A stretch of DNA of 62,508 bases, counting the filler, from Sphacelaria rigidula (lineage: Eukaryota): assembly GCA_964200075.2 (NCBI GenBank). It is 8 parts of 8 records of this genome, joined end to end, with 100 filler letters (N's around TTAATTAATTAA, not from the genome) between each part and the next. Parts side by side here need not be neighbours in the genome. Positions count along the whole stretch, not along the records: positions 23,483 to 31,209 come from CAXNAA020013658.1; positions 31,310 to 39,034 come from CAXNAA020013659.1; 6 more parts are not named here. One strand, given 5' to 3'. Within the stretch, counting starts at the first letter, position 1; each line of letters starts with the position of its first letter. A program made the position numbers and the translations under genes. This document shows, in pieces, positions 24,685-37,927 of this stretch. The notes beneath the pieces are model-generated. The model was not told the origin of the DNA. It worked only from the letters and a program-made list of their open reading frames with translations, and did not search any database.

Positions 24685-27597
24685 AGAACATTGCTACACC
24701 TCCAAACTAGTCGGTGAAATGCGATGGGGTGGGATGGGAAAGGCACACAATCCAACCACCCACCACGATGGGAGCTGAAAACATGATCGTGGGGGGGGGG
24801 GCGCCCATACACCATCCAATTATTGCAGGTGCCCCGTTACAATATACCTCATTTTGTTCGTCGGTTTGTGCGCTTGGGAGGGGAAAAGTCATAGACAGCA
24901 ACGCTACGGGCACCAGCTACAGCACATTCACCACATCTGCAAGCATGAAATCATCAATACACGAGACAAACGACTTACTTCGACAAGTACTACATGATCC
25001 CAAAGTCAGATAGTTCTCTCGACGAGTACTTTGCCAGTCGGATCCGGATCTTCCTCAAACAAACAAAACTCGTGCGCGGGACATACCTGACCAACGAGGA
25101 GCGAACACGATACTGATAGTGGAGAAGCGAAGCAAGCGGGAGACTCCGCACACACAACACGATACTGAGCTACTGCAGTGATGTGGATACTCCAACAACA
25201 TATCGAAATACATCCAGTGACCGACCATTTTTAGTTTTTGGGGGGCAAGGGGAAGCTACATGTTGTGTACGTATGCTCTTTGTCGTCCGAACCGGGGCAA
25301 GAACAAAGCTTTCACATTAGGCGCAATAAATCCCTTTTTCAGCCGCTCACTAGACTACTGTACGGTGACAAGGCAGCAAACATGCATGAAACACGATACA
25401 CATGGCAATCAGAGAACAAAACAGACAACTAGTACAACAGAAGGGCACGCTAGGATACCTGGCCATTTCGAAAAATCATCTGTCGGGTACGTATATATGT
25501 ACTAAATGAATATCGCTGCTACGGTTCGAAGCACATTTTCCTAAGCCACAGAGCACAGCAATAAACACAGGGGAAAACAGAGAAACAAAAAACCGCAGGT
25601 GATACACAACGACGTACAACAAGGAAGAGAGGGAAAACGATAGTAGAGGGGTACACAGGAATATGACGGGGGGAGGCTGGTTCGTTCCATTACTCTAGAA
25701 TCTAACCCCTATCCCGTAAAGGAGCAGCGACCAAAGACAAGATGACAAAAAAGGAAGGCCGCGATATCAACGAGCAGAAAACGGCGCATGCACAGTGTGG
25801 AAGGTGGGTCACCATCGACATCAAATTGCAAGCAACCCCGTCCAATGAAAAAAAATCAGGGTAATGGGCGCGCGTCATCACTTGTGTACTCGTCTCCCAA
25901 AAGCAGGCAAAAGTCATCTTCAGATGACGAAAATATTTCGAAAAGAAGAAAAACTCGGGACACCTGAGCGAAAGGGAACCAAATTAATATGCAAATTCAG
26001 CACAACACGCTCGGAAACTCGTGCAACGCTTCAATATACGCACGTTAAACTACATGCGAACTTGACGCATCGCCAGTCTCCTCAAAGAGAAAAAAAAGCA
26101 AGGCGGAATGAAATACAGAAGCAGGTAACGGTCGACTTTTTCATCACTGATTGATTTTGATTGCTTGCAGCATGTTACCTGATCCTCCAGGAGTCATGAT
26201 CCAGCCGTCACTATCCACATGATGGACGTACCCGAAACTCTAAACTGAAACACTTTATGCAGACAAGTGAACAAATCAGAAAAGGTGTACAGCACTATAC
26301 AATCAGTACAATTGTAACAACAGGCGTCCCCAACCCTCCTACCCCCCGCATCATAAACGTCATGCCTGGTTCATACAATATATCAGTACATAACTGGACG
26401 AAAGAACAACAACCAGCGATTGCCCTTCACATCATGGTGTATGCTGTTTCACTCTTTTGACAGCTTCAGTCAAGGGCAGCGCACGCACACACATGTGAAA
26501 GCCGTTGGATTGCTGGATCCCGACCAAGGTTAACATTGCCGAAAGCAACAACTGAAAAAAAACCATGACAATGAAAACACGTAAATGCGGTGTAGTAACA
26601 CGTCTGCGCCCCTCTACATCCACAGAAAGCAGACACATACAACATGCATACTCATACTCGAGCGATTCTTCTTCACCGAACTTGTCTACCTCTCCCAATT
26701 CCACAAGCCAAAGCTTTTCTCAACCGCGTTGACGGCGAAATCTTCGGGAAAAGCGTTCTCCGTCCGCCCCGAGCAGCTGCCATGGCTACGGCACGACGGT
26801 AACCAAGTACAGAACAATCAACGACTTTTGGGGGTCACCTCTCCAACGGGTGCAGAGTCGCTTCGGAACTACTGTTCTCCAGAACTGGCGCCAAAAACTG
26901 TATCAAAAACTTACGATACGAGGAGGCGAGGGAAATCATGCTCGTGCGCACATAATATGTTCTACCCCCAACTCCATGTTCATCTCGCCTCATCCCTGCT
27001 CATCGGTTCCTACTAGTCTCTCACGCTGTTCCGCTGAGCGCCTTACTCTAATTCATCACAACCTCCTCGCCTCAAGCGAACAGAACAGCAAGACACTGTC
27101 CGCTCTTTTGCTGTAAGCGATGAAAAATAAATAGAAGAGAGCTTCGGAACTTTCGGTACACCCATACATGCCCCTTGGTTGTATTGTAGCCCATGCAAAT
27201 GCAAACACACTCAACCAGGAACACGAACACGAGCCATTCGCTCCAAACAAGCACTAATACCCACCTACCTACCTACCCCTTCCCCCCTCCCCTTTATCTT
27301 AAAAAACAATCACACGCTCTGTCTGACAATGCTCTCTCTGTCTAGCATCACCATTACTCAAGTAGTTCCTGCCTGTTCATCTGGCCCTGGCCTGCACAAG
27401 ATGAGTATATTTCTAGTCTCCGCTTTTCGTGGGTCCCGAAGTTCAAGCTGGGCAACTTTGGAAACGCCACCTCCATTCCTGTCCTGACTGCAAGAGCCTT
27501 CTCGATACACACGCAAACACACACACAGTCCACAACTAACAATACCTATTCGTTCGCCATCATCACAACATGGTCATGGTGGGGTGTTGTCCAAGAG

Positions 27598-30449
27598 CTA
27601 CGAGCAGACAGACCGCTGTTGCTGTTGCTGAAATGACTCGGTGGGAGTCGGCTCAAGAGGCGCGGCTGACTGAATGTCGAGGTGGTGTATGCGGACGCCG
27701 GCCAGCACAACTTCCGGTAACTCCTCCTCGGTGTTACCCTGATCAACGGATCCACAGTATCAAAGAATCGGAGGGAAGCAAAAGAGACAAGCCTCAACAA
27801 GCGTGTTTTTGTTTCGTGTCTTTTTGATCATTGGTCATTGGTCATTGGTCATTGGTCATTGGGAACCCCTTGCCTCATCACCAAAATGAGTCTTTCTGCT
27901 CGTCACCAAGATGGGAGACACCGGCGGATTCGCTAGAGCGCAGCCCACAGCCCGGACCACGCTCTACTTTTAATGCAGGTCATCGCCGGAACGTACCACA
28001 CGGGAGAACACACTACTGCCTTCGGCCGACGAGCAGATCATAGATCAGCATCACCTGGATAGTCCATGCCATGTCGACGACCAAGCTCTTCGCGTAGCCG
28101 GTGCACAAGCGAGTGATGTTTGCAGCCACACTAGACGAGGCTGTTGGAATAAAGATACAGGGAACGGGGCAAGAAAGAAACCGTACGAACAGCGCAATCT
28201 GTGTGTGGAACAAAACAACATCCTGGCCGTGCCTCTCCGGGTCTTGACCTTCAAGCATTGGAAAAATGCCTGGATCGACTTGCACAAGCTGTATTGCCCC
28301 GTCCCTGCCCCCCTCCCCCAAAAAAACGAAATGCTCCGTCTCGAAAGGGATGCGTGGTCAATGGTCAAATGACTAAGGCAAGCAACAAATGAGTACGCCC
28401 CCCCCAAAACGAAACAAAACACAATGACGCTCATTGCCGTGTCTTTCACATTTTCGTCGATTTTATTTCGACCACAGCGTTCAACATCATAAATCCATGT
28501 CACATATTTCCAACAGCAGCTAGCTGGCTCAGCACAGTCGAGATCACACGCACACACACACACACACACACACACCTATTTCGAGGTCAGTCTCCAGATA
28601 GTTGTCGCCCCTGAAGTGGTGCTGCTTGAGCTTGGTCCCCAAGATGGCTGGGGTGTTGCCCGCCGCTCGCTTTACCACCCAGTTGCCCTCCACAATCTGA
28701 GGCATCAGCATCCGCGTTGGGAAATTGATTTTTTTCTTCAGTTTTCACCTACTCATTGCACTAGAGCCGAGAAACTGTGGTTCATGGCCAATAACACCCT
28801 CTTGATGAACGGGCTGTTATATACTCGTATCGCCCAATAACACGAACTTGCACTAACGTGGGCACTGTGTTCCGAGGACGATCTTTTTATTGTACCAATA
28901 TCTACCGACGCCAGCACCTCCGAGTTATATCGAAGAGTAGTACGCGAGTAAATCCCCAAAACACGCCGTCCCACTTCGAACGTTGGGTACTATAAACCGC
29001 GAGGAAATTTAAACATCAACGGTAGAGGAACCGATATGGTCTGCTGTGGACCGAGGATATTGTGTTTGAAATATTACCGCGTCCAACTGCTGACTTCGTG
29101 GTTGCTGCAAACATGAAAGTCAGAGCATGATCTGTACACATGACATGACACATGACACATGACCGGGAGAGGGAGTGACAGGTAGCACGTGACACCACCA
29201 CCATCTGGACGAGCGCAACAGCTATCGGCAAATACAAGCATCAACACCATGACCAAATGTGACAACAACAAAAACAAATCTCCCAACAAGCACATACAAC
29301 TCTGCACTCGTCTGCAGTTGCAGTGTCCCTTGTTGATCGTCTGCACACCGTTACGCCCAGCCCACCTTGGGAATGAGCTTGAGACGTTCGTCCCTGAAAC
29401 TATCGTCGTCGCCGAAGAATACTCGCTGCGCCAGGCTGCCGAATGGCGTAGATGTGTCGCACCAGCTATCACACAACACAGCACACGGCATGAAACACGT
29501 CGATCGCAGCGAAACAGCAACGTCACACGCACAATGGACAAGGTCATCAGACAGAACGACAACACCACCGTCAAGATCGACATGCAAGACTTCAACGACA
29601 CATACACGGCTCCACACTACCAAACCCATCGCCCCGTACGTAATGATAGCAGCCTGCCTTGTGGGTCACGTGTGTGATTTACCAGGACGAAGGCTGTGCG
29701 TTTTTTCCCTGGGTGTACAAGATAACGTTGACAAGGTTTGACAGTGACAGGGCGTGCGGCTCTCGTGAGCGACCCGCATCCCTTCCTGGAGTATGACGAT
29801 ACCCTGATGGTGAAATGGCACATGGCCCAACTTGGCGTTACGTCCTTTTCATCAGAATATTCGTGTAAATATGCGGAGGGGGATGATATCCTGACGGGTA
29901 CGCGCGCACGCCTCCTGCGAGCAAGAACATACCTTCATATTCACAAGAACACGACACGGGGGGATGATGGAATCAACGCCAGCGCAACAACACCGTGCCG
30001 CGAGGAAAGTCCAGATATGTTGACGATAGATACACCTACAGCGCGGCAGATGACTGAAGCGCCATGGTAACTCTTTTTTATCACGGCGTCAGCTCTTCGA
30101 CACCCAGGGTGGATCGTCTCTTGAATCGGTACCCTCTTCCTTCCAACGATGATCGAGACCCAGGTCACCCACGTTGTACCCATCACGATCACCAATCTCA
30201 ATTGGCATCAGCAATCAGCAATCAGCAATCAGCAATCGCTTCCGACGGACATGCACCCTGCCAACCCTGGACAGGACAAACATCTGTCAGCATCGCCGTC
30301 AACAGCAGCATGACGGCTACGATGAACCCAACAGTGACGATCTAAGTATCTCACTTGTCACTCTCCGGGGTGAAGTAACACATGAAGGCATAGTGCGGCG
30401 GTCCTGGCACCATGATCTGCAACACCCACACGAACGTCTTCTCCCCTGC
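27598..30449 (-). CDS. EDR2 C-terminal domain (DUF1336) protein, last five exons (30449-30355, 29465-29366, 28696-28576, 28140-28055, 27738-27598)
   Basis: Spliced translation FVWVLQIMVPGPPHYAFMCYF..FFGDDDSFRDERLKLIPKIVEGNWVVKRAAGNTPAILGTKLKQHHFRGDNYLETDLEIASSSVAANITRLCTGYAKSLVVDMAWTIQGNTEEELPEVVLAGVRIHHLD is a clear EDR2_C domain; all four introns are GT-AG and in phase. Confidence 0.92.
28331..28405 (+). mobile_element. LINE family B 3' end (about 70 nt)
   Basis: GCTCCGTCTCGAAAGGGATGCGTGGTCAATGGTCAAATGACTAAGGCAAGCAACAAATGAGTACG followed by a C-run; lies in an EDR2_C intron. Confidence 0.75.
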
Positions 30450-31745
30450 CTGCTTTGCACGCACAAAAACAGTCATTATAAGCGCACGTCGTTTTCCACC
30501 AAGAGCAACCCTCAAAACACGCCACGATCCACGAAACAGCGCACCTTTGTGCTGACAATTTCGACTATGCATGCTGAAACCCGAACAAATAAAAGCGCAC
30601 AGGCAAGTTGGGGGGGGGGTCGAGAGCGACTGCAACGGTGAAAACATTACTGGTGCACAAGCCGCGTAACCGAACGGGCAATAACTTGCAACTTGGCGAA
30701 ACAGGGAACTGTTCGTCACTCCGAACGGAAGGTGAACGCCATACACGTCGGGCAGTTTTGTGCCATCTGCCGCATATACCCCCCCCCAAAAAAACAGGGA
30801 CACAGAAAAGAGATGGCAGCAGGATCCAGCGTGGTTGACATAAGATGCGAGATACAAGCACAAGGGGATGATCTGTAGACCGTCAACTACGACTGTGTCA
30901 AACCCTGCTTTTCGTTCCAAATATCCTGTATCAAAGAGAAAAATCTTTTCATCCTCCCATGAACTCAGAAAATGCCAGGAGCGCCGACGAAATGAACTTG
31001 TCTAGGCACGGAGCAGGCAAGGCAGCAACCGTCAACACATACATGCTACAACAACGGCAACTTTGGTTTAAAAACACAATCTCCTCCGTCGAGAAAAATA
31101 GCGACGAGTTGGAGAAACAACGGGACGAATCAGGACACTGATGGTGTTGGATTGCGTCCAGGATCGTAATGCATCTCCACTCCTACTGAAGCACTATGTA
31201 CATACACATNNNNNNNNNNNNNNNNNNNNNNNNNNNNNNNNNNNNNNNNNNNNTTAATTAATTAANNNNNNNNNNNNNNNNNNNNNNNNNNNNNNNNNNN
31301 NNNNNNNNNACAGGGTGGGTCCTGCCACACACAAACAGAAAGAAAACAATGATCACCCCCCCCCCCCCCCCGCCCCCCCCCACAATGCTACAATCATGCG
31401 TGTGGACCATCCACTTCTCGCACAAGCCATGTAGTGCGACGACTTCCCCCACCCCACGCCCGCATGTCACCGCGCGGCAGCGATTTAGATCTCCCTTCGT
31501 TCCACCACTCTCGTACCTGCCCTCTCATCTTCTGAGCCTCTGAGGGGGTCAATCTTTTCATCCGCCAATGAAGTACACGACATGTCTACAAACACCAGTT
31601 GCCCAAAAGTAAAATTTCCGACCAGTTCTGAGCTGATGACTGCGGTATGCTCAGGGATGCAACATACATCAATTTCTGGGTGAGATGGAACATAAACCAC
31701 GCTATTCGGTCGGCCCATCGTATACGAGACTAGAGGTAAATACAA

Positions 31746-32095
31746 GTGTTGCCATCCCATCTATTCTGGACGCCGGTCCACACTTTTCGGCATAATACGT
31801 GGGCGCACCAGCCGGGGTCACACAGGAGGAAGGCCAACACGGGACTTTTTTTTTCTTCATTCTTTCAATTCTCCACCTTTCTGCTGCGGTGCTTGCTTTT
31901 TCTTTTATCGCGAGAAGAGTTCAGCAGTCCCTCTCCCTCGTCGACCGTTAAGTCGAATTTTGTGTAACCACGACATAGTCGCTCTCCACTGTTGGGAATT
32001 GTGTGAGGAAAAAACCTAAATCGCTTCGAGATTCGAACCCACGACCCAACCGTCCGAGGATTTTAAGGGTCCAACTGAGTCACCGGGGCGACCGG
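31746..32095 (-). mobile_element. tRNA-derived SINE family 1, full length
   Basis: Minus-strand head CCGGTGACTCAGTTGG (A box) ..GGTTCGAATC (B box); body collinear with 56985-57359. Confidence 0.8.
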
Positions 32096-32208
32096 TGGAA
32101 GCGTCTTCATGAGTGAATAGACAGATGACTTGGGGCTCAAACGGCCTTGACTTTTGTGCTTCTTCATGCTCCTTGAAAAACGAGAAAATGCCACCTCACA
32201 ACGATTGA

Positions 32209-35050
32209 TTGAGTTGTGAACTGGTTTGGCTTACCAGTTAAGTGATAGGAAAAAAAATTAACTAGTTACAGTTATCAGTTGAAACTGAATAACTGGCGGC
32301 GAAGCCGCCCTGCGACTCCGCCAGCGTTGCCTGGCAGCGCGGCGGAGTCGCGTAAACGCCCCCCGCCCGGCTGGTGAGGGGACCCTGCCGGAGGCGCCGC
32401 CGGAGGCAAGAACATTACAGGGATATACACGTTACACGTTCACGTTCACGCTACCTTCATCACGTAATAAAAAATTGACGGTACGTTACCTTACGTTACA
32501 TGTAACGTAATATGAAACGTCTCATGTAACATGTAACGTCTAGTATAACGTTACGTTGACACGTGTAACGTTCGAGTGTAACGTTTCATTCTGTGCATGT
32601 CGCGGCTCATTTATCAGTGTCTAAGGCGTTGTAACGTGTCGTGGAACGCGCGACGTCACCGTGTACGTGACGATGATGTGGCCTGTCGTATGTTTGAGCG
32701 TAGGCGAATTATCTGATGGTGTAACGGCACTTTCTCTACCGTGTATCGTTCATTGTTTTTTTACCGTATTATTTTATATCTCCTCTTCTCGTTTCATCTT
32801 TTTGTTGCGAACCTTCCATTTTTAAATTTTCGAATACTCGGTCATTCGCACGACAACACATGCTGTACACACAGCCGCTCGTGAACAAGATTGAACCCCG
32901 GCTTGCATCGTCTTGGCATTTCGTAGACAGAACTATATCGGGTACCCTCGTTTCTATAGATGTATACATGTATTAACCGTTTTGGGACCGGGCATCCAGA
33001 ACGACCAATGAGGCTGGTTAGGAATGACGTGTCTGGCGTCTGCATGAAACAGCGGCGTGTTGCTGAAAATCTGCATATGTAACCGCAGGGTTATGAGGAA
33101 GAACGAAAGTTTCATCCAATCTATTTTCAGGTGCAGGGTGCCCATCAGGTACGAGTAGAGTACATCTGATGTAGCAAGCAGTATGGGTCGCGGTAGAGAG
33201 CTTCCAACAGGATGCGGCGACTGGCGGGCCGCCCGCCACTTGTGGCTTTGGATGATATCTCTGTCCTCTCATCACCTTGCCACACAGCCCTTTGTGGTCG
33301 GGGTGGGCCGCAATTTCCCTCTTTGTTGCATGCGGCAAATTATCTTCGAAGGGGATCAGCGTTGCGGCGCGAATACATAGAGTATAGTACAGTACAGTGC
33401 AGTACGCCTTTCCGACTGCAGCAGCAGTTGCCGCTGCATACTCCCTTGCACGTTCTGGGCAATTCTCAGCTACCGAGATCGACTGCCTGTATACCGCTTC
33501 TTCATCCCCGCCCACTACATACATGTTGACTGCACACTGCAAGTCATCGGCCACGAGGCAGGCGAGTCTCGCATCAGATGCTGCAGCTGCAGGCAACGAC
33601 CGAGATTGGCCGGAGGCTGCTGCGGCACCCCCTCGTTGTGGACCTGCCGTTCCCCCCCCTGGATCCATGCCATGTACTGGTGCACGTCAACGCCACGTGC
33701 ACATGTACGTTACACCCGGTTCCTCGATATGAATGTGGTCAAGATGATCATGATGTTTGATTGATTGATTTGATTGATTGATTGTCGCACTTTAACTGAC
33801 CCCCCAGGGGTCTAGCCGTTATGGTGTTATACTGTCACGATAGCTCATAACCTGTGAGATGGCGCGGAGCGCGCGAACTTGCTGAAAGAGTATGTCCTAT
33901 ACCATGGTCATTCAAACTCACTGGTTTTCATTGGAGCATACTCTTCTAGGATTTGAAAACTTATCGCAAACTTGAAGTTTCACCGCTTCATGTAACGTGT
34001 TTATGACGTTTCATGTAACGTGTAACGTATAGTGCACGTGTAACGTGTAATAGACGTTACACGTTACATGAAATGTGTCATATCACGTGCTTTGAACGCT
34101 CGGGCAATTGAACGTTCACGTTACGTTACGCATGTCACGTTAAAAAAATAACGTTACGTTCACGTTTCATTTAAAAACTTAGCGTTACGTTCACGTTGCG
34201 TCCATCACGTCATTTTTTTTTCACGTTCACGTTACGTTTCGGCCAAAACGTAACGTGAATGTAACGTGTAACGCTATGGCACGTGTAACGTGTATATCCC
34301 TCGAAAATTACGCCATTTGGCGTCACTTCTCTTCGAAATCGCGTCAAACTCTAGCCGCCTAGGGCCAGCAATTCGAGCACGAAATCGGTGCACAAAAATA
34401 TATATGTATGGGGGAAAAGGAAATGTCACTGAACTTTGCGACATGAATTAAAAAAGGAAAGCGGTGAGACAGTAGTGTAGCATACATAGCGCCCCGCGTG
34501 GACCACCCGAGCGCCAGAAACTACGGAAGTAGCACGACAACTTGGTAACGTGATTGAGTGTGACATCATCAGCCTGGAAAATTCAACATAAATCTCGGCT
34601 CTTCCTCATGCTTTGGTATCACATTGACCAGCCACCACTGAACGCTTAACGCTCAATGCCGACAGAATAAAGCAAAGCACACGCAACAACGCCACGAAAC
34701 ACCGTAGTCTTGCTTCACATTTCAAATCCGCTCGATCAACAACTGTCCGTACCCCATCTCTATTTTTTATATTAAACTATATTATTTGCGATATTCGTGT
34801 CTTCGTCTATAGGTGTGTGCGCTGTGCGGTCATGTACTCGCCTCTGTAACAGCGTCCTCACCGTCATTGTAGTACAATACCCTAGGATTATTGACTTGAG
34901 TATGACACATATGTACACAGAACATTTTGGAGTATAACGCATATGTCGGGTGAAAGAACTGGTTCAAATGGTTACTAGACCGATCAGTTAACCAGTTGTA
35001 CCAGTTGACTGTAACTAGTCAGTTAAACTGGCAGCCAGTTCACAACTTCA
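32209..35050. mobile_element. Outer hAT-like element hosting the inner one
   Basis: TIR core AGTTGTGAACTGG / CCAGTTCACAACT; flanks ACGATTGA / ACGATTTG (6 of 8 match); AACTG/CAGTT subterminal motifs at both ends. Confidence 0.65.
32418..34302. mobile_element. Non-autonomous hAT-like DNA transposon (inner element)
   Basis: TIR (C)AGGGATATACACGTTACACGT / ACGTGTAACGTGTATATCCCT(C); 8-bp TSD GAACATTA / GAAAATTA; dense ACGTTAC/GTAACGT subterminal repeats over about 300 bp at each end. Confidence 0.82.
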
Positions 35051-35478
35051 ACGATTTGGGATATTCGCGGCGACCGGAGCAGGCAGGAGGTTGATCCTAT
35101 CGTGTGAGGAGGGCGAAGGCCAGAGTGAGTGCTCCTGGGCATGTCCATACCTGCCCCGCGAAGTGCCTTTGCCCTACTGCGATCAAAGAGATGAATGTAC
35201 GCGGGTGTGCGCGTATGTTTCCCGTCTTTTTGACCGCGGACAAAAAAACAACGCATGCTATCATCCTCAACGCAGACACGGAATACATACGAGTACGAGG
35301 TTTTCAATCACCCCGTCGTTATCAATCATCACCATACTCCAGTTGTTGTGTTATTATAGTTTCGCAGGATTCCCGATAACCGGACCGCCGTACTGTACTG
35401 TACCTCTTTTTTTCTTCTTGGCCGGTGTACTACGCACAACTGAACACCAGAAAGCGACGAAGCAATAGTGTAAAAACA

Positions 35479-35555
35479 CCGACAGCCGACAGCCGACAGC
35501 CGACAGCCGACAGCCGACAGCCGACAGCCGACAGCCGACAGCCGACAGCCGACAG
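35479..35555 (+). repeat. (CCGACAG)11 heptamer tandem array
   Basis: 77 bp of perfect 7-mer repeats. Confidence 0.95.
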
Positions 35556-36679
35556 GGGCAACCTCGACAGGATAGGATACCAATGATATAACACAAGCTA
35601 CGCCGTTGAGGTCCCACCTGTGAGGTCATCCCCATGATATATCCCGATGGGCAGGACGAAAAGCGGTGGCGTTGGGCGTTGCGTGTGTGCTCGTGGGCTC
35701 GTAGGTGGCTTGCAATTGGTTGCTGCTGCCTTTGGTGGCATTGCGTCCGAAGGGCTGGTTCCTGTACGGTGGCGTGTGTTCGTTGTGGACGCGATTCGGC
35801 GGGAAAAAAAATAATGATAACACGAGGCGCAGTGGAGCAACAAGGCAACTCCTCACTGCGGGCGGTTGGCGCACCAACTTTGCGCATGTGACTTTATAGC
35901 TCATATTATGACGTGGTGGCCGAGCAAAGGTCAAGTGCCGCTCCTTGTTAAGATGTGTTGCACTGTGCTGTACTCTCTGTCGTGCCGCATATGAATCGTG
36001 CTCTCGTACTGTCTGTACAGCTAGCTCGCTTGGGTGTTTCTTTCGAGTCGCTCGTACCTACGCCAGCGAATGCGTGGATTTTGTATGCCTAACCAAAAAA
36101 ACTCAGAGAGAGTTGCTTCATCTAGTTCAAGACGCGATTTCTCACCCCAACAACCTGGTCGTCAGCAAAGCACCTGCATTCGAAATCACTGACCGCAAGG
36201 ATTGCGATACCTCGAGAAGCTGCTTGCTTGTTGGCTGGAAGCGCTACTACATTACATCCGCCTTCGAGGGAGAAATGGTATAAGCGCTTAGAGTAAATCC
36301 TTGTTCAAACCTTTCGGGATAATTTCTCATACTCCCCTCAAGAAACCTCGACCAAACCCGCAAAACGCATCAGCCAGGTCACCAAAGGGTGAGGTGAGCA
36401 CACGGTTTCCACGGAATGCAGATACTCAAGTTAGCCGTCGCTGCCTACCATGTAGTCCAACAGTTTGATTGACGGTTGGGTTTGCTTTTGCTTCCGTTTG
36501 TTCCGACGGGGGGGTGGAGAGAGGAAAAATATACAGACTAGTGAAAACGCAGAATATTCAGTACCCTCGAGAGCATGGCACATGACTTTTTGCTTTCGCA
36601 CGGTTGATGTGGGTGGCGATATCGCCTCCTTTTCGCGGTCCGCTCGGTGCCATGTTTATTTTCAAGTCTTTGCATGTAC

Positions 36680-37927
36680 CTTGACGTTCATCTGTGCCAG
36701 TTGGTGTACCCGAAGCAGCCGCCACGACAGCCCCAGAATCCCGACCGGTCTGCCATCAATCACATCGCCGGCTGGGATGTTGACGACCCGAAGTCCCGCC
36801 GCTTCCGCCGCCGAGAGCGCCATGTTCAGGTTTTCGACGGCTTTGAACAGCCCAAGCGCCTCGGACCCCGATGGAACGTTGATCGTAGAATCAGCTGCAC
36901 GAGGTAAACAAGGAAATGCAAACAGCAACAACAACAAAAAGCAAGAGGGACACAGACATTGAGAAAAAAAAATAGAAAAATATCACTGGTGGTGGGGTAA
37001 AACGCAAACACCATTCGTTACATGCATACAGCTTCTTGGTTCCCTCCTTCACATCGATTGCTGATCTCATCTATTGAATTGTCATGTTTTCAACACGACC
37101 CCTGCCACGGGACGAGTCCGTACTGTACTATCAAGGGACTACCCCGTCTCTCCTTTCCTCAGCTACAGCGCCTTCCTCCAAACCAACAATGAAATATACC
37201 ATCAGCACTTCCGCCGCCCGTCGACTCCCGTCCGTTTTCTGAATTGCTCACTCAAGTCCCCACGCTTTCGCGCGACGTAAATCAGCGCACGACAAGACTA
37301 CTGATGGTAGGGCTGTAGGGAATCGTACCCACGGAATCAGCGCAAGTCAGTGTCGACGTATTGAGGTACCAGTTTTACAGCGTTTCAGGGCGAAGCGAGC
37401 AACTACGCCTTGAATTACAGTGCAGCATTCACTGTACAGTAAATGATGCTTTGAACCTCGACTCTACACCACACGGAAAAGGTCCCGTGCTGCCAAAAAC
37501 AAAATCGCGTGTATCTATCGAGGCATCACAAGACAGCATACAGCGCTCAGACTCCCCGCGACAAAGTCAGACTTTGCGCAGTTGGTCGCCGCAATTCACG
37601 AGAAACCCGACGCAGGAACAGAAACACGTGTCAAAGTGGACAGGGAAAGTGGACAGGGGACGGGGGAAAGGATACGCCGAGTAGCGAAACAAGCAGGCGC
37701 AAAGAGGGGTAAAAGATCAACTGCGACACAGATAGCGCGAGCTGGTACCTACGGTAGAAACTTGGATCACCTATCGAGCCGGGCAGCGCTAGACACACCA
37801 GTCGACACATTAGTAGGCCATCGCGGAACTTATCCAACAAGTCCGCGCCGGTCGGGTCCAAGGGTAGCAAGTGCTCGAGGAACTCGTCGCCGTCCAGATG
37901 TTCGTTGACGTGAGACGCGAGCGCCTC
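36680..37927 (-). CDS. Fimbrin/plastin-like calponin-homology domain, two internal exons (37927-37771, 36894-36680)
   Basis: ALASHVNEHLDGDEFLEHLLPLDPTGADLLDKFRDGLLMCRLVCLALPGSIADSTIN..ENLNMALSAAEAAGLRVVNIPAGDVIDGRPVGILGLSWRLL parallels fimbrin CH1 (HIN..L..D......LP+DP....LF....DG++LC+L+....PG+I...EN.NLA+.+A...G..VVNI...D+..G.P.++LGL.W). Phase-1 junction is consistent. Confidence 0.85.

Noticed and set aside
26650..26775. In-frame TGA (..RQRG*EKLWLVE..) as possible selenocysteine
   Set aside because: No selenoprotein motif, no SECIS recognised, and no evidence the block is coding.
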